From positions 256,001-320,000 of the forward strand of contig CAVYBU010000008.1 in assembly GCA_963766735.1 (NCBI GenBank): 64,000 bases of DNA. The letters are read 5' to 3'. This document shows positions 29,497 to 44,661 of the stretch, piece by piece. The position numbers were made by a program, and so were the translations under genes. The DNA comes from an uncultured Chloroflexia bacterium. Lineage in GTDB: Bacteria; Chloroflexota; Limnocylindria; Limnocylindrales; CSP1-4. The number at the start of each line of letters is the position of its first letter. The first letter of the stretch is position 1. The notes under the pieces were generated by a model, which was not told the DNA's origin, ran no database searches, and saw only the letters and a program-made list of their open reading frames with translations.

Positions 29497-29533
29497 ATTG
29501 AGCCCCCGAAGGCACGGCCTGAGGGGGCTCAAT
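29497..29533 (+). terminator. terminator-like hairpin
   Basis: ATTGAGCCCCC...GGGGGCTCAAT 11-bp inverted repeat. Confidence 0.65.
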
Positions 29534-29695
29534 GGTGCTCGGCATGGTCCCAATGGGCCCCCCGCATTCCGGGCCGGGGGGTCGCGGGAGCCGATAGATC
29601 CCTTTGCTACCATTCTCCCCGAGCACACGTTCCAGAACCACCCGAGGTCACGCCCTGCCCCTTCCCACGGCCATCGCCCACGACCCCGGCCCTGA

Positions 29696-30961
<1,266 letters not shown>

Positions 30962-30992
30962 CCCGGAGCCCTCGGGGCTCCCGGAGGAACCA

Positions 30993-33529
<2,537 letters not shown>

Positions 33530-33572
33530 TCCTGGACTGCGCGAACCGGGGAGATCGATTGGAGGGTGTCCC

Positions 33573-34175
33573 GTGAGCCGGTTCGTCGACCACGGTGCGG
33601 TCACCGCTGCCTGGGTTGGTCTCGGCATGGCGGTCACGATCGCGGTCAGCTTCCTGCTCGTCATCCCCATTGAGGCGGTCTACTGGTACCTCGCCCTGCC
33701 AGCGGGGCTCCTGATCGGCTACTACGCCAATGCCCGCTCGCTGCGGGCTGGCGGCCCCTGGAGCCGGATCCTGGCCAACGCGCTGTTCGCCGGGCTGGTG
33801 ACGGGGATCACCTACGCGGTCCTGCTGCTCGCGGTGAAGGCGCTGTTCTTCAACGTGGATGGTGGCTACCGGGACGCGTCCTCGGGCGGTCCCATCACCT
33901 GTACCACAGGCGCCGACTGCGTCTACCAGCGATACCTCGCCGCCGGCCAGGGCGAGGCGTTCGAGGCAGCCGGGATCACCGACGTGGCCACGTTCACGAC
34001 GTTCTACTGGGGGCAGCAGCTGAGCAACGCAGGGCTGACGCTCGTGCTGTCGGTCGGTGGGGCGCTGGGCGGCGGCGTGATGTACGGGCTGGCGAACCGC
34101 CGCAAGCCGGAGGAGGCGATGGCGCCCGCCGAGACGCCCGCAGGCATCGAGCCCGGGGGCGGCCCGCAGGCCTGA
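33573..34175 (+). CDS. hypothetical membrane protein (about 4 TM, loop with CTTGADC)
   Basis: GTG with GGAGGG SD; hydrophobic segments. Confidence 0.7.
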   Translation: MSRFVDHGAVTAAWVGLGMAVTIAVSFLLVIPIEAVYWYLALPAGLLIGYYANARSLRAGGPWSRILANALFAGLVTGITYAVLLLAVKALFFNVDGGYRDASSGGPITCTTGADCVYQRYLAAGQGEAFEAAGITDVATFTTFYWGQQLSNAGLTLVLSVGGALGGGVMYGLANRRKPEEAMAPAETPAGIEPGGGPQA

Positions 34176-34302
34176 CCGATGCTCCAGCGGGGCCGAGACC
34201 ACGCCGGGGAGCTGGCTGGGGAGCGGGCTGGGATGCGTGCCGGGGAGCGTGGCCGGGGAGCGGGCCGGGAGATGCCCGGAGGAAGCCCCTGGCCCTGTCC
34301 GA

Positions 34303-34481
34303 ATCACCAGCAGTGCTATCGGGCGCCGGTCGTCGCATCCCGCGGCTCGCCAGCGGCCGATAGGAGGCCGTCATCACGGACGGTGCTGAGGGAGCTGACA
34401 TGCGGGTCCCGTGCACCCGCGATCGACCGCGATCGACCGCGACTCGGTCGCTCCTTGTGACCTGATAACACCAGTGGTGAT
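34303..34481. ncRNA. candidate structured RNA or inverted-repeat-bounded element (about 180 nt)
   Basis: terminal imperfect 21-bp inverted repeat ATCACCAGCAGTGCTATCGGG ... CCTGATAACACCAGTGGTGAT plus internal hairpins. Confidence 0.35.
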
Positions 34482-34583
34482 CTAGCGCGGCTCAGGCCGC
34501 CCCCGGGTGCCCGTAGTACGGGATACGCATGGCCGACGCCCTCTGGCGGCCACTTCCGGAGCAGCCCTGCTCAGGGGATCGAA

Positions 34584-34610
34584 AACGCCCCGGTCGGTGA
34601 CCGGGGCGTT
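34584..34610 (-). terminator. rpsT intrinsic terminator
   Basis: AACGCCCCGGTC-3 nt-GACCGGGGCGTT with T-run on minus strand. Confidence 0.75.
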
Positions 34611-34634
34611 CGGCGTTGCGAGAGGGAGCGAGGA

Positions 34635-35375
34635 CTACTCGGGCTTCTCCGCCTTCTTCGTCTTCGGGGCGGCCTTCGCGGCCGGGGCCTTGGCGGTGGT
34701 CGCCTTGGCGGCCGGTCGTCTTGGCGGCCTTCGGCAGCCGGCGGCCTTCGCGGCCGGCGCCTTGGCGGCCGTGGCCTTCGCGGCGGCGGCCTTCCGGTGG
34801 TCGCCTTCGCGGTGGTCGCCTTCGCGGTGGCTTTCGGCGCAGCCTTGGTCGCGCGGGCCTTGGTGGCCTTCGCGGCGGGGGCCGCTGCCGGTGCCGCGAC
34901 CGGGGCGGTGCGCCTCGGAGCGCGTGCTCCGTGACAGGGCGGCGCGCGCCTTGCCGGCGGCGGTCTGGGCGCCCTTGGCCTTGACGGCCTTGCCGGCCGC
35001 GATGCGGGCCTTGGCGGCCTTGGCGGCGGCAGCCTTGCCGGTGGTCTTGGCGACGTGGCTCGCGCTCACGACGTTTGCGCCCACCATGGCGGCGTTGATC
35101 TTCTTGGCGAGGCGGGACTTGCGGCGGGCCGCTGCGTTCGCATGGATGGCGCCGGACTTCGCGGCGCGGTCCAGGGCCGAGATGGCCTCTGCCATCGTGG
35201 CGGCGACGTCGACGCCCTCGGGCTGGGCGGTGGCAACAATGACGGCCTTGGCAACGAGCGTCTTCGCCGCAGACCGACGGGGCTGCAGGATCGCGTGCCG
35301 GCGCTCAGCCTGGCGGACGCGCTTCAGCCCGGACGGATTGCGAGCGCCCTGCCATTTCCGGGGCGTTCTAGCCAA
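34635..35375 (-). CDS. rpsT: 30S ribosomal protein S20 with long Lys/Ala-rich C-terminal extension (apparent internal indels)
   Basis: KRVRQAERR, ALDRAAKSGAIHANAAARRKSRL; AAKA/PAAK repeats; TTG start. Confidence 0.9.
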   Translation of the reverse strand: MARTPRKWQGARNPSGLKRVRQAERRHAILQPRRSAAKTLVAKAVIVATAQPEGVDVAATMAEAISALDRAAKSGAIHANAAARRKSRLAKKINAAMVGANVVSASHVAKTTGKAAAAKAAKARIAAGKAVKAKGAQTAAGKARAALSRSTRSEAHRPGRGTGSGPRREGHQGPRDQGCAESHREGDHREGDHRKAAAAKATAAKAPAAKAAGCRRPPRRPAAKATTAKAPAAKAAPKTKKAEKPE

Positions 35376-35522
35376 GGTGGCGGATCTCCGTTTCCGTGTG
35401 CGTGCGGGGAATTCAAGACGCGCGCGAGCGTAGCCTGCCCGAGGCGCGACGGCGAATGGTAGCAGAGCCCGCTGCAACCGGCCAGCACGGGATCCGGCGG
35501 CCGTTCGCCGGACCGCGCCGGA

Positions 35523-37176
35523 TCAGCCCCCGCGCAGGCGCCGGGCGCGGTAGCGCTCGATCAATGCCGACGTGGAGCGGTCGTGATCGTTGGACACGTC
35601 CGTCGCGTCTGCCGTGAGCTCCGAGGCGATCCTGGTCGCGAGGACCTTGCCCAGTTCCACGCCCCACTGGTCGAACGAATCGATCCCCCAGATCGCCCCC
35701 TGAACGAACACCTTGTGCTCGTACAGCGCGACCAGGGCGCCCAGCGTGCGGGGCGTGAGGCGATCCGCCAGGATCACGGACGTGGGGCGGTTGCCCTCGA
35801 ACACGCGGGCCTCGACCTGGTGGGCCGGCACGCCATCCTCGATGACCTCGTCGCGCGTCTTGCCGAAGGCCATCGCCTCCGCCTGAGCGAACAGGTTCGC
35901 CATCAGCAGGTCGTGGTGGTCTCCGATCTCGGTGGTGGGGTTGACGAAGCCGATCAGGTCCGCCGGCACGATCCGCGTTCCCTGGTGCAGCAGCTGGTAG
36001 TAGGCGTGTTGGCCGTTGGTACCGGCCGTTCCCCATTCAATCGCGCCGGTGTCGTAGGCGACCCTCGTGCCGTCGGTACGCACGGTCTTGCCGTTGGACT
36101 CCATGTCCAGCTGCTGCAGGTAGGCCGGGAAGCGGCTGAGCTCCTGGCTGTAGGGCAGGACGGCGTGCGTCTCGAACCCGAAGAAGTTCCCGTACCACGT
36201 GCCCAGCAGGCCCAGCAGCACCGGCAGGTTCTCACCCAGCGGCGCCTCGCGGAAGTGCTGGTCCATCGCGCGGAAACCCGCCAGCAGCTCCTGGAAGTCG
36301 TCCGGGCCGATGGCGACCATGAGCGCCAGGCCAATGGCGGAATCCATGGAGTACCGGCCGCCCACCCAGTCCCAGAAGCCGAACATGTTGGCGGTGTCTA
36401 TGCCGAAGTCGCGGACCTTGCCGGCATTGGTGCTGACCGCCACGAAGTGTCGCGCCACTGCTGCCTCGTTGCCACCGAGGCCGGCCAGCAGCCAGTCACG
36501 TGCCGTCCGGGCATTGGTCAGCGTCTCGAGGGTCGTGAAGGTCTTGCTCGCGACGATGAACAGCGTCTCCGCGGGGTCGAGGTCGATGACCGCCTCCCGG
36601 ATGTCCGCGCCATCGACGTTCGAAACGAACCGGAAGCGCATGGACCGATCCGAGTAGTGGCGCAGGGCCTCGGTCGCCATGGCGGGCCCCAGGTCCGAGC
36701 CGCCGATCCCGATGTTGACGACGTTCCGGATCCGCCGGCCGGTGTGGCCCGTCCAGTCGCCGCCGCGAACGCGGAGCGCGAACGCGGCCATGCGGTCGAG
36801 GACCTCGTGGATGCCCGGGACGACGTTGTGGCCGTCCACCTCGATGCGGGACATCGACAGTGGCCCGGAGGGCCGTGTGCAGGACGGCGCGGTCTTCGGT
36901 CACGTTGATCCGCTCGCCGGCGAACATGGCGTTCCGGCGCGCCTCGACCCCGGCGGCGCGCGCGATCGCGACGAGGAGGGTCATCGTCTCGTCGGTGACC
37001 CGGTGCTTCGAGTAGTCGAGGTAGAGCCCCGCGCCCTCGGCAGTCAGGCGCTTGCCGCGTCCGGGATCTTCCGCGAAGAGGTCGCGCAGGTGACGGTCTC
37101 GCAGGGCGTCGTGGTGGGCAACGAGCGCCTGCCACTCGGGGGTCTGGTCGATGGGCGTAGCTGCGTCACGGGTCAT
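35523..37176 (-). pseudogene. pgi: glucose-6-phosphate isomerase, frameshifted near 36860 (or sequencing error)
   Basis: N-part [21 protein letters not shown] in one frame; [31 protein letters not shown] in another. Confidence 0.9.
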
Positions 37177-37294
37177 GGCTCCCGCAGCGTAGCGCTCTCG
37201 TGGGCCGAGCGTCGGGAGGACGAATGTGCGCACCCGTCGTGCCGGACAGCGGTGCCGGCCAACCGGATCTGTTCGGCTTGCGTGGATTGGCCCC

Positions 37295-37939
37295 TCACCC
37301 GTGCGGAAGAACCGCCCAGCCGGCGTCGGTCAATCCCTGCAGCTCGCCCAGCCCGATGTCGAACCACGCCCCATGGAGCACGAGGGATCCGGCCGCCTCG
37401 CGGGACCGGATCCACGGAAACGTCCGCAGGTTGACGATCGACTGCTCGATGGACCGGAGCTCCAGCGCGCGCCGGCTCCCGGCCGGGTCGGCGCGGTCTG
37501 CAGGTTCCAGCTCATCGGCGAGATCCCGCAGCCCGGCGACCCAGGTGCCGATGAAGTCGGACACGGCGAGCGGTGCCGCAGCATCGAGGGCGGCCGCCAC
37601 GCCCCCGCACCGTCCGTGCCCCATGACCACGATGGAGCGGACACCCAAGGCGAGCACCGCGAACTCGAGTGCGGCACTGGCGGCGTGATTGCGGGCGTCG
37701 GGTGCGTACACGGGCACCAGTGCGGCCACGTTGCGAACGACGAACAGCTCGCCTGGGCCGGCGTCGAACACGGCCTCGGGCCCGGACCGGGAGTCCGAGC
37801 AGGCCACGACCATCGTCCGCGGCCGCTGCCCGTCCTCCTCCAGTCGCCGATACCGCTCGCGCTCCACCCGATAGCGGGTATCGCGGAACCGGTGGTAGCC
37901 GGCGAGCAGGTCGGCGGGCAGGGCAGGGGAAAACGACAC
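37295..37939 (-). CDS. beta-class carbonic anhydrase
   Basis: [24 protein letters not shown] zinc-ligand motifs. Confidence 0.92.
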   Translation of the reverse strand: MSFSPALPADLLAGYHRFRDTRYRVERERYRRLEEDGQRPRTMVVACSDSRSGPEAVFDAGPGELFVVRNVAALVPVYAPDARNHAASAALEFAVLALGVRSIVVMGHGRCGGVAAALDAAAPLAVSDFIGTWVAGLRDLADELEPADRADPAGSRRALELRSIEQSIVNLRTFPWIRSREAAGSLVLHGAWFDIGLGELQGLTDAGWAVLPHG

Positions 37940-37952
37940 CGGGTGACCTCGA

Positions 37953-38639
37953 TCAGGCAGGCGGGGCGGCTGCAATCGTACCGGGCGTCCGAGGTGGGAC
38001 CGTGTACACGCACGACCCGACGACGGCGCGGTCCTCGAGCGTGGTCGTGGTCCGGACCTCGTAGCGGGCGAGCTCCGCGAACCCGGCATCGGCCGGCAGG
38101 TAGCGCCGGCCCGGGTCGCCGAGGAGGACGCGGGTCCCGCTCGCGGTCGCCGCGTGGATCCAGGGGAGGACGCGCTCCGCCAGCGGGCATTCATACCAGG
38201 TGTCGCCGGCCAGCAGCACGTCGACATCGGGCGGCGCCTCCTCGAGCAGGTCGCGGCGGATGAACGACAGGTGGACGCCGTTGGAGCGTGCGTTCAGGCC
38301 GACGGCTGCTTCCGCGAAGGGATCCGTGTCGGCGGCCGTCACGGATGCTGCGCCCAACCGGGCCGCCGTGATCGCCACCAGGCCGCTCCCGGTCGCGAAG
38401 TCCAGGACCCGCTTTCCGCGCACCTCGTCGGGGTTCTCCCGCATGTAGCGCGCGAGCGCGAGCCCTCCCGCCCACGCGAATGCCCAGTAGGGAATCGGGG
38501 CACCCTCGATGCCGAGCGCATCCTCAGTCGCATGCCATGTCGCGTCGAGGTCGGTGGCCATGTGCAGCCGGATGCCGTCGACGCCGGGCACGGCCTGGAG
38601 GCGCGTGCGCCGCGAGACGAGCGACCGCCGAAGGGACAT
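37953..38639 (-). CDS. class I SAM methyltransferase (METTL20/ETFB-KMT-like protein methylase)
   Basis: PYWAFAWAGGLALARY, VLDFATGSGLV, LLGDPGR. Confidence 0.85.
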   Translation of the reverse strand: MSLRRSLVSRRTRLQAVPGVDGIRLHMATDLDATWHATEDALGIEGAPIPYWAFAWAGGLALARYMRENPDEVRGKRVLDFATGSGLVAITAARLGAASVTAADTDPFAEAAVGLNARSNGVHLSFIRRDLLEEAPPDVDVLLAGDTWYECPLAERVLPWIHAATASGTRVLLGDPGRRYLPADAGFAELARYEVRTTTTLEDRAVVGSCVYTVPPRTPGTIAAAPPA

Positions 38640-38774
38640 GGGGAGGGGGCGTGAGATGCACGCCCGCGCCGCCGGTTGACGATGCCCCGCTGCCATGGGA
38701 GAGAGCATTGCACGCGCCAGCTCGGACGGTGCTGCTCGATGCCCGGCGCCCGTGACCGGCTACACTCCCGCGTC

Positions 38775-40586
<1,812 letters not shown>

Positions 40587-40619
40587 TGCGCCCCGCTCGC
40601 GCCCGCTGACGCGCGCCCC

Positions 40620-41420
40620 GTGCCGGATCTGCCCCTGCCCGGTCTGTCGGACATCTCGCAAGTCCCGGACCCGCTGCGCATCCTGATCGCCATCGGGCTG
40701 ACGGGCCTGCTGGTCATCCTGCGGTTCGACGCGGAGCGCTTCAATGCTGCCGAGTACGACGACGTGGACCGCTGGGGCCGCCCGCCGTCCCTGTTCCGCC
40801 GGCTCGCCTGGTACACGCTCGGCATCGGCATGATCCTGCTCGTGCTGTTCGTCCACCCGGCCCCACAGACTGACCTGTACCTCGGACTCGGGGAACGCCT
40901 CGGAGCCGTGATCCTCGGCCTTGCCTACGGTGCGATTGGCACCGCGATCGCGATCGGCATCGCCCTCTACCGCTACCACCGCGTTCGCTTCCCGCCAACG
41001 ATGTCGTATCCCGGGGCGGTGATCAACGCCATCGCGACGGCATTCGTGGACGAGGCCCTGTTCCGCGGCATGGTCTTCGGCTTCCTCGTGCTGGCCGGCA
41101 TCGATCCGAACCTCGCGAACGTGACCCAGGCCCTGCTCTATGCGCTGGCGACGCGCCTCGGGGCGCCGGGCCGGCCGTGGTACATGCTCGTCACGGCGCT
41201 CGTCATCGGACTCGTTGGTGGGTGGCTGACGGCCGTCACCGGCGGGATCGGTGCCGCGTTCCTGGGCCACGCGATCACGAGGGTCGCGATCTTCACGACC
41301 ACCGGGCACGCTGGATTGCCGAAGGCCAGGGGCACCGAGGCCGAGGAGGTCGCGAAGCGACGGGCGACACCCGCCGGCTGGCGGGTGCTCGACAGCCACG
41401 ACCAGTCCCGGAACCGCTGA
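40620..41420 (+). CDS. CPBP/Abi family intramembrane protease-like protein
   Basis: DEALFRG and FLGHAI motifs, multiple TM segments. Confidence 0.75.
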   Translation: MPDLPLPGLSDISQVPDPLRILIAIGLTGLLVILRFDAERFNAAEYDDVDRWGRPPSLFRRLAWYTLGIGMILLVLFVHPAPQTDLYLGLGERLGAVILGLAYGAIGTAIAIGIALYRYHRVRFPPTMSYPGAVINAIATAFVDEALFRGMVFGFLVLAGIDPNLANVTQALLYALATRLGAPGRPWYMLVTALVIGLVGGWLTAVTGGIGAAFLGHAITRVAIFTTTGHAGLPKARGTEAEEVAKRRATPAGWRVLDSHDQSRNR

Positions 41421-42730
41421 TCACGGGACCGACCGGGGGCGCCCAATCGCCTGAGCCCGAGCCCGAGCCCGAGCCCGCGGCCCTGCGGCCGACGCCCGTC
41501 CCGGCCGCGCCCGTCGCGCTCTACGCCCACGTCCCGTTCTGTGTCTCGCTCTGTCCCTACTGCGACTTCGTGGTCTACGCGGGTACCGCAGCGCGAGGGC
41601 CGGCGGCGCGCGTGGAGGCGTACGTGGCGGCCCTGCGGGCGGAGATCGGTCTGCGAGCCGACGCGGTGGAGGCCTCGTTCGGTTCGCCGGGTTCGCCCGG
41701 GCGGCCGCGGCTCGAGACCGTGTACGTGGGCGGCGGTACGCCCACCCTGCTGTCGACGGAGGTGCTGGCGTCGCTCCTGGGCCTGATCCGCCGTCGGTTC
41801 GGGATCGCGGAGGGCGCCGAGGTGACGATCGAGTCCAACCCGGGACCCGACGAGAGAGGCGATGCACAGGGCCTGGTGGCGGCGGGGTTCAACCGGCTCT
41901 CGCTGGGGGCACAGGCGATGGACGAGGCGTCGTTGCGGCGGCTCGGGCGACGACATCGTCCGGCCGACGTGGCCGCCGCCGTGGGTGAGGCACGGGCGGC
42001 GGGGTTCCGGTCTGTCTCGGTGGACCTGCTGTATGACGCACCCGGGCAGTCCCAGGAGGCATGGCTGGCGACCCTGGACGCGGCGCTCGCGCTGGCTCCC
42101 GACCATGTGTCGGCCTATTCCCTGACGCTCGACGATCCGGACGAGGAGGGGCTGACGGGGCCCCTCGGCGATCATCTGCCGACCCGGCCGGGAGCCCGCC
42201 GGTGGCGCGAGGCGGCGACGTCCGCGCAGTCCGAGGATCGCGCGGCCGAGCAGTACGCGCTGGCCGTCGAACGCCTGGCCGCTGCCGGCTACCGCGGCTA
42301 CGAGATCTCCAACTGGGGCCGGCCCGGGCACGAGAGCCGGCACAACCTCGCCTACTGGGGGCGCCGTCCGTATGAGGCGGTCGGTCCCGGGGCGCACGCG
42401 TTCGACGGGGTCACCCGACGCTGGAACGCGGCACGGCTGGACGGCTACCTCGCCGCGCTGGCGCCGGAGGCGAGCAGGACGCCCGTGTTGCCGCCGGGTG
42501 GTGCGGAAGTGATCTCGGCCGCCGACGCCGCCGCCGAGGCGGTGATCCTCGCCCTGCGCCTGGACACGGGGTTGCCGATTGCCGAGGCCGGTGCCGGACC
42601 ACTGGGGGAGCACCTGGCGTGGGCGCGGGGGGAGGGGCTGGTCGAGAACTTCAGCGTGGGGGGCGAGCGTGTTCGCCTGACCACCCGCGGCCGCCTCCTG
42701 TCGAACGAGCTGTTCAGCAGGCTCGTCTAG
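41417..42730 (+). CDS. hemW: radical SAM heme chaperone HemW (start uncertain)
   Basis: LYAHVPFCVSLCPYCDF, GGGTP, YEISNW, HNLAYW; lepA-hemW-hrcA synteny. Confidence 0.9.
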   Translation: MITGPTGGAQSPEPEPEPEPAALRPTPVPAAPVALYAHVPFCVSLCPYCDFVVYAGTAARGPAARVEAYVAALRAEIGLRADAVEASFGSPGSPGRPRLETVYVGGGTPTLLSTEVLASLLGLIRRRFGIAEGAEVTIESNPGPDERGDAQGLVAAGFNRLSLGAQAMDEASLRRLGRRHRPADVAAAVGEARAAGFRSVSVDLLYDAPGQSQEAWLATLDAALALAPDHVSAYSLTLDDPDEEGLTGPLGDHLPTRPGARRWREAATSAQSEDRAAEQYALAVERLAAAGYRGYEISNWGRPGHESRHNLAYWGRRPYEAVGPGAHAFDGVTRRWNAARLDGYLAALAPEASRTPVLPPGGAEVISAADAAAEAVILALRLDTGLPIAEAGAGPLGEHLAWARGEGLVENFSVGGERVRLTTRGRLLSNELFSRLV

Positions 42731-42802
42731 GGCGTCCGCGCGGGACGGCCCTGGGGCGGCCCGAGCGCGGTGTGGTGCGGAGCGACGCCCCACTCGGTGT
42801 CG

Positions 42803-42832
42803 TTGACACCCTTGCGCGGCGGGCGCTAGACT
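42803..42832 (+). promoter_or_regulatory. sigma70 promoter of hrcA operon
   Basis: TTGACA-18-TAGACT. Confidence 0.75.
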
Positions 42833-42845
42833 CTCGCCAACGCAG

Positions 42846-42872
42846 TTAGCACTCTCATGGTGTGAGTGCCAA
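42846..42872 (+). promoter_or_regulatory. CIRCE element
   Basis: TTAGCACTC-N9-GAGTGCCAA, one mismatch to consensus, directly upstream of hrcA. Confidence 0.95.
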
Positions 42873-42890
42873 CCTTGCAGGAGAGGCTAC

Positions 42891-43955
42891 ATGGCGCGTC
42901 GGGTTCGTCGCTCCAGCGGCCCCCTTGATCTTCGCTCCCAGGCGATCCTCCGGGCCGTCATCGAGGAATATGTCACCAGCGCGGCGCCCGTCGGCAGTCA
43001 GGCCCTCGTCGAGCGCTACCGCCTCGGCGTGTCCAGCGCCACGGTGCGCGCGGTTCTCGCGGAGCTCGAGGCGGCAGGCCTCCTGACGCACCCGCACACC
43101 TCGGCCGGCCGCATCCCGACCGAACAGGGCTACCGCTACTACGTGGAAGCCATCGTGGACACCGTGCCGCTGCCGCCCGTCGAGCAGCTGATGATCCGCC
43201 ACCAGTTCGGCCAGGTGGAATACGCGAGCGAGCACTGGTTCCGCCTCGCAGCCACGACCCTCGCCTCCGTGACGCGTGCGGCCGGCCTCGCCACCCCGGC
43301 CAAGCCGACCTCCGCGCACCTGCGCAGGCTGGACCTCGTCTCGATCAGCGGCCGGCTCGCAAGCCTGATCCTTGTCCTGCGCGAGGGCGCGCTCAAGCAG
43401 GTGCTCATCACGCTGGACGAGGCGACGGACCAGACGGACCTGACCGCCGTGGCGAACCGGCTGAACGCCTTGCTCGACAACCTGACCGCCCTCGAGGCGG
43501 AGCAGGCGCTCGCGGTCCTCGACCCCGCGGACCCGAGCCTGGACCTGCCCCGCCGCGTCGGCGAGCGCGTGGTCCGAGCGCTCCGGGAATTCGACGGCGC
43601 CGCCATCGAGGAGCTGTTCAGTGACGGCCTCCTCAACGTCATGGCCGCGCCGGAGTTCGCCCAGAGCGAGAAGCTGCGCCGTGTCTTCGCCGCCCTCGAG
43701 AACCGCGCCTATCTCGCGCAGCTGATCGACGGCGTCGCCAGCTCCGGGCGCGTCTGCGTCTTCATCGGCCACGAGAACCCGGCCGAGGACATGTCGGACG
43801 TGTCTCTCGTTCTCGCCCCGTACGGGCGGCCCGGCCGCGCGGTGGGCGTGGTCGGCGTGCTCGGCCCGACGCGCATGGCGTACCCGCAGGCGATCGGCAC
43901 CGTGCGCTTCGTCTCCGGGCTCATGAACGAGCTCATCGACCACCTCTACGCCTGA
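42891..43955 (+). CDS. hrcA: heat-inducible transcription repressor HrcA
   Basis: PVGS, SSATVR, PHTSAGRIPT, GVLGPTRM. Confidence 0.96.
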   Translation: MARRVRRSSGPLDLRSQAILRAVIEEYVTSAAPVGSQALVERYRLGVSSATVRAVLAELEAAGLLTHPHTSAGRIPTEQGYRYYVEAIVDTVPLPPVEQLMIRHQFGQVEYASEHWFRLAATTLASVTRAAGLATPAKPTSAHLRRLDLVSISGRLASLILVLREGALKQVLITLDEATDQTDLTAVANRLNALLDNLTALEAEQALAVLDPADPSLDLPRRVGERVVRALREFDGAAIEELFSDGLLNVMAAPEFAQSEKLRRVFAALENRAYLAQLIDGVASSGRVCVFIGHENPAEDMSDVSLVLAPYGRPGRAVGVVGVLGPTRMAYPQAIGTVRFVSGLMNELIDHLYA

Positions 43956-44005
43956 TCCGCGTCCGCGCGGACACCCCTGACCCAGACCACCAGAACCGGA
44001 GAACC

Positions 44006-44599
44006 ATGAGCCGCAAGACCCGCGCCGAAGAGCGAATCGAGGCGCTCGACACATCGCCCGAATCGCTCGCCGCCGCCCAGGTCGAGGCCGTCCGCATCGA
44101 GCGGGACGAGGCTGTAGCCAAGGTCGAGGCCGAGCGTGACGGGTACCTGGCCGCCCTCCAGCGAGAGCGCGCGGAGTTCACGAACTTCCGCCGTCGCACC
44201 ACTGACGAGCGCCAGCAGGAACGCGGCCTCGCGGGCGTGGACCTGATCACGAAGGTGCTGATCCTCGCGGATGACTTCGATCGGGCATTGGAAACCCGCC
44301 CGACCGAGCTCACGGACAACGCCTGGGTGGAGGGCATCGCAGCCATCGATCGCAAGCTTCGCCTGCTCCTCGAGAGCGAGGGCGTCGGTGCGGTCGAGGC
44401 GGCTCCCGGCACCCCCTTCGATCCCCGCGAGCACGAGGCCGTCGTCAGCGTCCCGGGCACCGGGCGCGCCGAGGGCGAGATCGTGGAGGAGGTCCGGCGT
44501 GGCTACCGCCTCCGCGACCGCCTGATTCGTCCGGCCCTGGTGGCGGTGGCGGCCGCCACGGAACCTGACGCCGGCCCGGATCCCGGCCTCGTGAACTGA
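44006..44599 (+). CDS. grpE: nucleotide exchange factor GrpE
   Basis: [32 protein letters not shown]. Confidence 0.95.
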   Translation: MSRKTRAEERIEALDTSPESLAAAQVEAVRIERDEAVAKVEAERDGYLAALQRERAEFTNFRRRTTDERQQERGLAGVDLITKVLILADDFDRALETRPTELTDNAWVEGIAAIDRKLRLLLESEGVGAVEAAPGTPFDPREHEAVVSVPGTGRAEGEIVEEVRRGYRLRDRLIRPALVAVAAATEPDAGPDPGLVN

Positions 44600-44661
44600 T
44601 CCGACCGCCACCCGCCCCTATCCACTCGACCCCGATCCAGACACCAGGAGACAGAACCCAG

